Source: Owenia fusiformis (taxonomy: Eukaryota). From it: 64,000 nt of DNA. The position numbers and the translations under genes are program-made. The DNA lies in the NCBI GenBank assembly GCA_903813345.2, contig CAIIXF020000001.1, positions 27,032,001 to 27,096,000 on the forward strand. Reading direction: 5' to 3'. Shown piece after piece: positions 42,312-54,054 of the stretch. The stretch's first letter is position 1; each line of letters begins with the position of its first letter. The notes under the pieces were generated by a model that did not search any database, had not been told where the DNA came from, and saw nothing but the letters and a program-made list of their open reading frames with translations.

Positions 42312-42950
42312 GGTTGTATTGACTTACATGGGGCTGTACACCATTGACTTAACATGAGGATATCAGCAGATCCCAATAGAGGCCATTGGTTTCCATTGAT
42401 TATCACAGAAATACCAAAAATACACTATGACCTGAATCGATTGCAAACTTAATAATTTCACAATACGACACAAATGGTTTATCTCATCAAATGTGCAAAT
42501 ATGAAGTTTGCAATCGATTCAGGTCATACTTAAAATTAAAAGATTGTACATTTTTTCATCATTTTTTTCCCTACAAAATGGCTATAGAAAAATGCTCCAA
42601 AAACAACTTTTACACTTAACAAATATCATACAAGTTTGTAAAACCAAAGATTATACTATTATATTTCAATTTGAAGTAACATATTGGGATAAGATGCAGG
42701 GATGCGTAGGATGTAAATGGATTTTGACAGACACAAAAATACTTCCTGGTTTGGAATCTATGCTTCTACACTTCATGATTGAATTATGACCCTAATAAGT
42801 GGCCTATACATCAATACAGTGCTGAATATAGGTCAACAAGATACTAGTGTGCATATAAATGTAATAATTGAAGCAGAATACTCATTTTGAAAAATCAGAT
42901 GAATTATTTTTTTCCCATGGGGAGATCCCAATGGAGGGTGTATAAGGTCC
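42312..42950. mobile_element. ~640-bp element without TSD (Spy-like), copy 2
   Basis: Reverse complement of 30784-31417; flanks CAA|TTT. Confidence 0.7.
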
Positions 42951-43197
42951 TTTTCTCAATTTAAGTCTATACGTGTTCATAAATATAAAATATTGTGCTA
43001 TCTCTCAAGAATTGGTATATTTTCTCAACATTTCCATTTGCCTCCTCTTTTCAAAAGTCAAGGCACGTTATCTCTAATTCCTCGGGTAGTTTAGTCCTGG
43101 TATTAAAGACATTTAACACGTATACTAGTATTTTAAAAGTCCTTATATGTGCGTAACCTTTTGGAAAAACAATGAAAGGTACCTCACAACGTTTATA

Positions 43198-43685
43198 CAG
43201 GTTGAGCCAAAAAGGTAACCCAAACAAATCTTACTACATACTAGTAACTCAGTCATCCAGTATATGTTTTGCGTCAGATTTGGCACCGTCATTATACTAA
43301 GTTTCATTGGTCCATTTCAAATGGTCACGATGTTATGGCCATTGAATATACTTCAAATGCCAAAACATACCAAAATCACCAAATCGGCTATAAACCCCGA
43401 GAATTCTACCTTTGTGGCTATTTCAAAGATCTTATGTATATTAACAACTCTAGAAGCATTAGAAAGTTGCAACAAGAGATTAGATGTGAAATGAGAGCTT
43501 TTACACAAGATATTTGTGAGCATGTAGTCAGAAAACGTCACTCTAAAGTCACCCTAAATTCAACTAAAGTGAATGGAAAAGCATTGAACACGGCTCAGTT
43601 GTGCCAAATATGACTTCAAATCCCTAATGGATGACGGAGATATTAAATTAAAATTTTGTTTGGGTTACCTTTTTGGCTCACCCTG
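43198..43685 (+). mobile_element. Internally deleted Tc1/mariner (maT-like) element with transposase remnant
   Basis: TA|CAGGTTGAGCCAAAAAGGTAACCCAAACAAA TIR; PREFYLCGYFKDLMY resembles the P.DFFLWGYLK..VY motif. Confidence 0.8.
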
Positions 43686-44468
43686 TATATTCAAGAGTTA
43701 TCTACGGCATTGGTAAAAATGACCCGAAATGTTCTGGGCTACTCCGAGTACATATACCATCTCAAAATAGATCGAACTTTAGACTTGATAAACTACTCGT
43801 TTTTTATATGCCCTGTATATGTGTGTTTGCTTTAAGTAGTTTAAAGTATCTGTGTTATACTTTCGTGCCCTGGAGTTAGCTATAACGTTTAGGACGAAGC
43901 CTACTGAAAAGGATCCAATTTCCAGACAAGTCTGAAGGTAAGCCTTTTAGTAACAATAAAACACCAACTGACAAAATAATGCTTATGTATAGTATACTAC
44001 ATATTACGCCCTTCAAAAAGGAAGAACGAAAGATCTTAACAGACAGGGAAATGTGAGATTCTAATTTCGACTTGATGATTTGATTCTGCAAATTGACATA
44101 TCGATTTGTGGTTGTAGGCGGTGTAGGAGGTGCCCATCGAGAAAAGGTACAATATAATGACTAGATAGAGGCTCACAACCTCCATCCAGAACGCAAGCAA
44201 CACCACGGAGTAGCAAATCCCAACGAACCAATTTTTCATAAACTTAAAATATATCTAAATACACATCAGACGTGCATGTAATAAACCTTTGTAGTTATCT
44301 AAATCTTCCACAAATTCTCACCTTTGGGTACTCATTTTGGAAAGGACGAAATTTCAAATAATAATCAATATTGCGATCTTCTCGAAAATACTACCGAAAT
44401 GAATATTAGCTAGAATTTAAAGTTAGAATTTTTGCAAAGATTCTCTTAATTTTCGGAGACCATTTATA

Positions 44469-45514
44469 CAAGGGGCGATCAATATATTCTGATAAAAATG
44501 CTCTCATTTTGCTATTTTTCACATATCCATCTCATTTCAGAAAATGTAGATTATGTAATTACACGTACAATACTCAAATATTATAGCTACATCTTAAATT
44601 AATTAAGAGATATGGTTACCATGGTAACCTGTATTAATGGTAGACAGGTCAATTAAATTATAACGTATAAAATATCATAATAACTTGTTATTTTAATCAA
44701 AAGCATGCGGAAATCATACATTTGTTTGCCATTGTTTCTCGTTGTTTGTTGCTAAACAAATGTTTATTTGTGATCACTATAACATCACAACAACTCACAA
44801 TAGCAATGTATGACAGGATGGGCAAATTAGTGGAAGTACATGTCATATAGACACACCAAATATCAAAATGACAGATCAGATGAGGTTAGTGCGGCTGTTG
44901 CAGAGTGTGACATTAACAGATACATCAGGAATACCATTAGATTTTATGTACTATCAAGAATAAGTAAGAGGACACTGCCAGAGATCATACATGGACTCGT
45001 ATAATGTATGGACAAAGTGTTGTATCTGCTCTAAGGATCTCTAGGTAGTATTGTAAATTTGAGGAAGGCTATTCACTGTTGAATATCATTCCCAATCTGG
45101 TTGGACGAAGAGCTTGCGGACAGAGAATAACACTACGATAATTTGAGATGCAATTTATGAAAAAAGAACTTTTCCACAGTGCAAATAGCAAACAAGGGCA
45201 ACATGGGGTATGAAGCAGTTCAACAAATAGTTGGCAATGACCTGGATATGCGTTTGATCTGCTTGAAATAGGTATCGAGGAATGATTAAATTAACAAACT
45301 TATCTATTTTATACGTTATAATTTAACTGACCTGCCTACCCTAAATACAGGTTACCATGGCAACCTTATCTCAACAATAATTTAAGATATAGCTATAATA
45401 TTTTAGCATTGTATGTGTAATTACATAATCTTCAGGTTCTGAAAAAATGAGAGGGATATGTGAAAAAACCACAAAATGAGAGCATTTTTATAAGAATATA
45501 TGGATCGCCCCTTG
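44469..45514. mobile_element. Tc1/mariner-type MITE with ~200-bp TIRs
   Basis: TA|CAAGGGGCGATC...GATCGCCCCTTG|TA; arms include AAAAATGCTCTCATTTTG and GGTTACCATGG. Confidence 0.85.
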
Positions 45515-45767
45515 TATATATGTTTTTGCGCTCAACTAGTACGAAAATCATACATCCTTATTTGAAATATTGCTCGGAAGCACGGACGGATGAACTAGAG
45601 GACGAAGGGGTTCACTATAATCGAACTTCGTTCAAAGGGATAATAAGGAAGTAAATTGAATTTATTTCTACATATCAGCCAATCACAGTCTATCAAATCT
45701 CTTGTTCTCCTGTTATCTTTTTTATAATTTATCGTACGTTCAATTTTATTTCAGCATACCCACAATC

Positions 45768-48700
45768 ATGGCAGAACAGGACCACAAGAAAAACATCCAT
45801 GGCACAAAGTATAGCCTACACAGGTCTCTTAGTATCATGGAAGGTGATACCAAAGAAATACCACATATGACTATTCACCATGCCTTCGAGGATATCGTCA
45901 AGTCATCAAGGGCGTCTGGTCCAATATCTGAAAAAGTAGCTATAAGGTAATATGGAACTTCACTCTGCTTCGTCTCATTCACGGTGACCAAGAGTTAACA
46001 GTGCAAACTCAAACTCTTTAGACGTGTTTTGTAAGAACATGGGATGCGATATTCGTTAGAATGGAGCAAAAAGGTAAGAATAACGTTTAAAGAGTTTGAA
46101 AAAACACGACCAGTGTGAAAGAAATGATGGTCCCTCAGGGATTATGGTCCCCTTTTTTAACGGCCCTTACTGGCACTGATTGCGTATATGATAGTGAGAG
46201 AAAGAGTTGTATTTAGGTCACCATATAAATAAATGGAGAGTAGGACCATAATTTGATAGGACCTCCTACCCTTTTACACCGGGCCAATTTGCACTGTTAA
46301 CTCTTGGTCACCGTGTCATTGTGTGATCCACAACCAGTACTATCCCTTGGAATAGACTGACTGTGTCTCTCGCAAGCTTTTATTAAGATAAAGAGAAACT
46401 TTGATAAAGAGAGACTTTGATAAATCAGAATGACTTAATTGGCTCTGGGGATAAGAAGGAGCCGTCATCAATATCTAAACAAAATTACATTAAGATACTC
46501 TTTTTTATCTTATCATTTAATAAAGTAAATATTATGTACTAGATTTTCTCATTTTGACTCACAAAATCAGGTTTTATAACTTATTACATACGTATTTCTT
46601 CTGCAATACAAAAACCGAAAAGTACAATTTAGTGCTATGGCCAAGGCCATTTGTGTCCAAAACACCTAGATTCAATTTGACTTTAGATTCTTGTAGGGGA
46701 TTCTTGTTTGTGAACCCTTGCAAAGCAGGCTCAAAAGTGCTGAGTCAGCAAATTTTATCATTTTCGAGTTGGAGTTTGACCATATGCTTGAAACTGTTTA
46801 ATATCTCATTTGAGGTTGTTGCAATTATAATGAAACATTGTTAATATATCAGTAAGGCATGTATGAAGAATTCCTTAAAATGTTTGGGTCTTATCCAACA
46901 GAATTTGGTAGAGATAATCAGTCATTTAAAAAAACAGTAAGGGCCTATGGTGTATTAAACCTGATTAAAAACTTCACTGATGATGTTAGCAAATATTCCT
47001 TGCATAAGTTTCAATAAAAAGTACAAGCATCTATTTTTTCTGATTTTTCTCTTTACCTTCCCCTAAAAATTCAAGAAAGGGGGCGTGGCACATTACGCTT
47101 CAGTCGTTGAACTTGTTGGTAGGGTCAAATAGAAAATGCGTATCGTTATAGCAAAATTTGTTATTCTAAATAAATCTTAACACTACATGTGACATCATAA
47201 AATGCTAAATATATTCATTATCTAACATCTTATATTTTTTATTACAACTTGTCATTGCCATACCCCATAGAACCGTTTAGGGTATGTGTGGTCAGCAATA
47301 GGAAATACATGTATGTGTACTAATAACATTCAAGTTCAAAATTGTATTTCAGATGCCATTCTATCCTAATGTTGTTTATGTAGTCATGGTATGTTAAGAA
47401 TGAATTGTTAAATTACACTGCCCATCATAAGTTTTGTAACTGGAATTCCCCCTTTGAATCACTTATCAAAGCTTGTCATGCTGTTTGGCAATTTTAAACA
47501 AGACATCAAGCTTTTGAAATAAAGCAATAAGGAACAAAATCGAGGTTCCAACATTGACAGACGTTGATATGTCATCATATGAAAACTTGCAGTTGCCAAC
47601 CTTATGGAGGGGGTGTATATGCTCTGTATAATATGTGTCATAAATTGTAGAAACCTAAAGCCAAAGGAAATAATAATGCTTTACATTCTCTCCAAGTGAT
47701 CAATTCCGTGGCACTGGGTTTGTTGATATTACTTATATGATGTGATGTGACATTAAGTGAGTTTGGTCCAAAGCCAACATATTCCAATGGCGCAGAATCC
47801 CACTCGCCCCTTCAAGTCCCACCATGCCATATCGAGTCCCACAATGTTCCATGGGACCATATTAACTTTGTCCCATGGAGTCTCATTGAGTCCCTCCATG
47901 TCCCATTGAATCCCACGGAAATTATGTAATTTAGTTTAGAAGGTTTTGTCTCAGTCATTTTGATCCCAAGTTAGCTGACACATCCCATGATCAAAAGTCC
48001 CACGATGCCCAAATGGAAAGAGAATGAACAGGTTCATTCTCAATGGGGCTTCGTGGGACTTTGTCAAATGATACCTCATCGAATCTCATGGGACTCAATG
48101 GGGCTTCATGGGGCAAAGTCCCAAGGAATCCCAAGGAAATCCATCGGGCAAATCTCAATGAAGTCCAAGAATTTCCATGAGGTCCCACCCAATGTTAAAT
48201 CAATGGAGGTCCCACCATGTCGTATTGGTGTATGTCAGACTTTAGCTAAGTAACTTCCTTTGTTTATATTCATCAAAACGTCAAAAAGAAAAAATTGTCA
48301 AAACTTTGTAAGTGCGTGATTATTTGGACTGATTTCACTTGTTTGCTACTTGTCTGCTTCAATCCTGGGGGGTTCACTGTGTACAAAATTTGGCGGGGTC
48401 CTAGGTTGAACCCTTAGATATCAATATATTCCCATACCAAAATGTCAAATTTGGATGTGTTCCCATACCAACTGAAATAGTGCCCAAAAGCCATACCAAT
48501 ACCATACCAAATGTCAGAATATAGGACCAATGCCATGACTGGTCCAAAGTAGAATATTTTCTGGGAAAACCCTATTTATTTAAACTGAAGAAGGTCCCAA
48601 GAAGAAGGCGATCTTTGAGGAAAACGAACCAAAACAACCTCATATTAGGATATGTGTAACTACTAGACCAATTCCATACCATATTTTCCATGACCATTCT

Positions 48701-51700
48701 CATACCAGAAAGTTGAAAATCTGACAATATCCATCCCTCAAAAGTCATAATGAGGGGGCATCCTCATACCACATCCTAAGATTTGGGTCCATTGACATAC
48801 CAAATGTCAAAAAGAATGTGTGCCAAGCCAAAAATTAAGATCTATCTTGAATTATACAAATCTTGGTTCAAAAATAGGGCTAGAAGCTTAAAATAAAGAG
48901 CATTTTAAAAATCTTTTCTTCTATCTCATGGTTATAGGGGGGGGTGCGATCCCATCCCAGGCTACGCCTATGGACAAGGTCTATTATTTTGACATAAACA
49001 AAACATACGTCATCTGTTCTACATACAACAAATAAACAATTTATGACATATATACAATACGAAGTGTGCAAACTGCAATCAGGCTCGGAGTAACTCTGGC
49101 TCTTAATCATTTGTTGTTACAATTTGTTATTATATAGACGTGTCGCAAAAAGCTCGCGCACGCATTGTTACACATTTTGTGGCGTAATCCAGAGGATCCT
49201 CGCTTTTAACATGATAGAATGTGACGTTTTTGAGAAAAATGTACACACATGAAAATCCTTTCGTCCTCCACATTTACCTCTATATCTCAAAACATTTTAG
49301 ACGAATAACTCTGATATCATATGTATATTGTTAATGGGCTAGGAGCATCATAAAACACGAATCAATTGATATTTTAGGTGAAATAAATATACGTGTTGCT
49401 GTGCTTGAAAATAGGCGAATGGCGTAAATAAGCCCTATTTTAATGAATTTTGAAAACCTTTCGTCCTCCACTTTTCCACATACAACAGAAAACACATACT
49501 TTTGTGAACAAAATCAACTATTTATTAATAAACTAGAGTTTAGGAGCAAAATAATCATGTATGATTTATTAAAAATTGATCTCGTATTTTTTGTTTAATG
49601 TACACCTGAAAAGTTGAAGGTACCAAAAAATGAGCAAAAAAGGTCGCTGTCAACAGATTCTATTTTTCAGACTCTATGACGTCACAATATGGGACGCTTA
49701 CTAAAATTCATCCTTTGAAATAAAACTTCCATCTACCTTTATCAAGACGAAAAATAAGTATAATAGTCATATATTGTTTGAGTTATGAGCGTTTAAAGAC
49801 GACACATAATTCAAAATGTAACGTGTCAACATGGGATATTTGCCAGATGTTTTGGTAAAAAACTCTTTTTTAAAAACGAACGCGCAAAAAATGTGAACGG
49901 AGTGTAGTTGATCTAAAATCTTCATCGAAACAGCTTTAAATGATATATAACTTTAATTAGAATATTATCTTATAATCCGGGGAATCAAAGTTACATTCAC
50001 GCGATACCCTTAAAAAACAAATGCGCCACCTTTTTGCGACACGTCATAGCTAATTATTTGCAGCAACAACAGGAGTCTCGTTCCAGTTTACATGGACCCT
50101 ATACTATAAACCATGTACACCCCCTCCATAAGTTTGGCAACTGGAAGTTATTATATGATAGCATATGAAAGTCTGCCAATTTTTAAACCTTGATTATGTT
50201 CTTTGTTACCATATTTCAGATACTTCGATTTCATATGCCAAAAATAGAAAGACTTTAATAAGTGATTCATGTTACGCGATAAACATGATACAAATATATG
50301 CCATATTCCGCAATGAATATGGCATATTCACTTGCGGTGTATGACAGATTCACCTGCGGTATATGGCATACACACTAACCAATGAGAATGTGATACAGAA
50401 GTAGGCAGTTGTCAATTGCACCTATTGAACGAACAAGTAAAACTTTATAAATAATTATTATATAATGATTACAGAATCAACAGTACAGTGTATCGAATAT
50501 ATAAACTTATGCAGAAGTATCACTTACCAGTCTCACGTAATAAACTTACTCAATCAATCCAGGATTCATATATTACTACTTGACGCACTAACTTTATTGA
50601 TTTCCAGCGTAGTTTAACATTTAGAGTCGATTCTCACAACCAATCAAACCAAGGCTTTCTGTATCACGTTTTCACCTGTGGTATATGTCATATTCACCTG
50701 CGGTATATGGCATATTCCGAAAGTGAGTATGACATATTCCGCAGGTGAGTATCGGGTATTCACTGAAATCGATGTATTGCATATTTACTGCGGAATATGG
50801 CTTACTCACCTGTGGAATATGCCACATACCACAGATCAGTATGGAATATTCACCCGTATCACAAATACCACGCAACCAGGAATGTATGCCATATTCCGTG
50901 TAACAATTCAAAGGGGTTTGAGTTGCCAAACTTATGATGGGAAGTGTTATCATTCATAAACATAAACCATAACTACATGAACAACATTAGGAAAGAATGA
51001 CACCTGAAATACAATTTTGAAAATGTTATTACACATACATGTATTTCCTATTGCTGACCACACATACCCTAAACAGTTTTATGGGGTATGGCAATGATAA
51101 GCTGTAAAAAATATAAAATGGTAGATAATGAAAATGTTAAGCATATTATGATATAACATATAGTGTTTAGATTTACTTAGAATAACAAATTCTGCTATAA
51201 TGATACACATTTTCTATTTGACCCTAGCAACAAGTTCCACAACTGAAGTGTAAGGTGCCACGCCCCCTTTCTTGAATTTTTAGGGGAAGGTAAAGAGAAA
51301 AATCAGAAAAATAGATGGATGCACTTTTTATTGAAACTTTTGCAAGAAATATTTGCTAACATCATCAGTGAAGTTTTTAATCAGGATTTTATACACCATA
51401 GGCCCTTACTGTTTTTTAAATGACTGATTAACTATCGACTGATTAAGAAATTTTGAAGAGAAATTATGTACTTTTAGGGACAAACTATCCCATATCTCTA
51501 CCAAATCTTGTTGGATAAGACCCAAACTTTCAGGAATTCTTCATACATGCCTTATTGATATATTAACAATGTTTCATTATAATAGCAACATCCTCAAATG
51601 AGATATTAAATAGTTTCAAGCATATGGTCAAACTCCGACTCGAAAATGATAAAATTTGCTGACTCAGCACTTTTGAGCCTGCTTTGCAAGGGTTCACAAA

Positions 51701-53454
51701 CTTTTTTTTACATGCCTTGGGGTCCCCTACAAGAATCTAAAGTCAAATTGAATCTAGGTGTTTTGGACACAAATGGCCTTGGCCGTAGTACTAATTCGCC
51801 ATGCGTATATTATAAGGCAAACGATTCCCAACAACGAACAAAAACCGTTGAGTCGTTGTTAGAATCAATGGGGGAAAAGGTCATTGACTAATCCATATAT
51901 GCTTGATTCTTTAGATTTGGTGACAGAGTGACAACGTTTGGACAATTGAATGGCAAGGCAAATTCATTGGCTCGTGCGCTTAAATTCCAACTCGTCAACA
52001 ACAAGAAGGTTGATTTTTCCGGCGACAAACAGCACATTGTGGCTTTGTTTATGTCTGAATCCGATACCGCAGTAATGAGTGCATTGTCCGTGTTAAAACT
52101 TGGTGCTGCCTACACCGTAATGGACAAAATCCTTCCTCCAGATCGTATTAAGTATATCATCGATCAAGCCGGTGTTGCCGCCATTGTAGCAACTGAAGAC
52201 AACATTGAATACCTAAAAGCGGCTAATCTCGGGGATGACACATTGGTGCTTTCACTGTCCGATTTGCTCAATTATGCACAGAGTGCTAACCTTTCCGAAG
52301 ACAACATTCCAGATATCGATGGCCTTCCAGGGTTTGACGAGAAGCTTGGAATGTGTATTGTGATCTACACTAGTGGTTCAACAGGCTCCCCAAAGGGGGT
52401 GCGCATCAGCCACGCCTCATTGCTCAACAACTTTAATTACATTTGGGATGTTGTTAACTTAAAAGAAGGCGACGTAACATCAGCAATGACTTCGCTCATG
52501 TTTATTCCGCACGCAACGGATATATTCTGCCCTCTTTTACAAGGTCTCCCAGTGGTTATCGTTCCTAAGTCAATTAAGCAAGACCCCGAAGAATTGATAG
52601 AGCTCTTGGACAGAGAAAACGTTTCTGTCATTCCTTTTATTGCACCTTCCTTATTGGACGTTATTCTGCAGTTCGTTCAGATGTTTGATGATCCGAAAAT
52701 ACAGACATTAAGATTTGCTAATGTAGGCGGAGAGGCTGTCCCCACTCAGATTGTTCACGATTTTTACGATTACTTCAACGAGGGAGTTGTTCTTGTTGAT
52801 AGCTGGGGCTTGACAGAGACTAGTAATGATGCTACTTGGATGGAGTTTAGAGGAAAGAAAGATATCGCCGAAGGAGTGTTTGATGAAGGCGTCAGCATTG
52901 GAGTCCCTCTGCATAACACCATTGCCTATATTGTCAATGAAAAGGGAGAAGCAGTGTCACATGGTGAAGTGGGGGAGCTCTGTATCAGCGGCGTTTGCGT
53001 CTCTCCCGGGTATATGGACAAAGAGAATGCCTTTTCATTTGTGCCAAACACGCTAAGAAAACAGAGTGGTCACGAAACCCTTTTCAAAACTGGCGACTTT
53101 GCAAAGATCAAGAACGGGCGACTGGTGTACTGTGGTCGGAGGGATCAGATGGTAAAAATACGAGGTTACCGAGTAAACATAAGCGAGATAGAAACTGCCA
53201 TTAACAAGCTTGATTTTATTGAAAAAGTTGCTGTTTTACCCGTCAAGAGGTCAGAAACGGACGTATACCTCGTTGGATTCTACTCATGTCGGCCCGGGAA
53301 ATCAGCAGAGGCGAACGATATCAGAAAAGCGTGCGAGGCTTCCCTTACACCATACATGATTCCAGAGAGATTTGTCAAACTTGACGAAATGCCGCTCAAA
53401 GAGGCTAGTGCCAAAACAGACAGGAATGCTCTCAAACAGCTTTTAGGAAAGTAA
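45768..53454 (+). CDS. Stand-alone Ebony-like NRPS adenylation-domain protein, 572 aa; coding exons 45768-45946 and 51915-53454
   Basis: Phase-2 join KVAIR-FGDRVTTFGQLNGKANSLAR; LKLGAAYTVMD, YTSGSTGSPKGV, GGE, WGLTE, IGVPLHNT, GELCISG, LFKTGD, GRRDQMVKIRGYRV, LTPYMIP, AKTDR; Ebony-like LSIMEG and FYDYFNEGV. Confidence 0.92.
45980..46315. mobile_element. Transib-like MITE containing a nested Ginger-like MITE
   Basis: 28-bp TIR CACGGTGACCAAGAGTTAACAGTGCAAA; TSD TCATT at 45975-45979 and 46316-46320. Confidence 0.85.
49137..50045. mobile_element. Nested MITE, unclassified
   Basis: TIR GACGTGTCGCAAAAAG/CTTTTTGCGACACGTC, flanked by ATA on both sides. Confidence 0.75.
50270..50905. mobile_element. 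636-bp TGT...ACA element with 5-bp TSD, copy 2
   Basis: Colinear with 34885-35512; TSD ATTCA; the empty site is visible in the opposite TIR arm near 47455. Confidence 0.9.
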
Positions 53455-54054
53455 TTATATACTTCTTAAATGAGATTTGTCAATATGATGCTAAAGAAGC
53501 TTGTGCCAAAACAATCGACAGCTTGCATAATACTATGACTAGAACTAGGACTAAAACTTATTTTTAACTTTAGTCAATATTGCGACATTACAGTGTCATT
53601 GTAACATTACAAAATTGTAAATGCTACAAATTAAAAGTCGAGATAATGTATTCAAAATAGAAAAATCAATTTAAGCAATTAAATATGACCTTAAACAGTG
53701 GTAATGAGAGTGAATTATTTGTTGTCTTTGTTGTTCAAATGACTGGTAATGGAAGAATATTACCACACCAGAACACCCTGAAAATGGTGTAAGATACCGT
53801 TGTCACAAATGGCGGACGTAATTGTCGCTCCAACTCTTTAATCATCACCCTGCTATAGCATGACGGTTACGCCACCTCTGAAAAACGAGGTTGGACGGCT
53901 ACGTTCACTGTTTTATCGAATAAAATGGCCGCTATGGAACAGAAAACAAAGGTTGGTGCATTATTTTCTACTACTGTGTATCAATGAAAGGATGAACGAT
54001 TTATGTAAGCATCGCATTCAGTGATGCATTTAGTAATGTATATTTTGAACGTAG

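Larger units (their letters stand above)
46630..51793. mobile_element. 5.2-kb non-autonomous element with ~1-kb TIRs (Academ-like) in the intron of the A-domain gene
   Basis: TAG...CTA termini, 3-bp TSD ATT; 46630-about 47650 is the reverse complement of about 50085-51793 once the 50270-50905 insert is removed. Confidence 0.85.
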
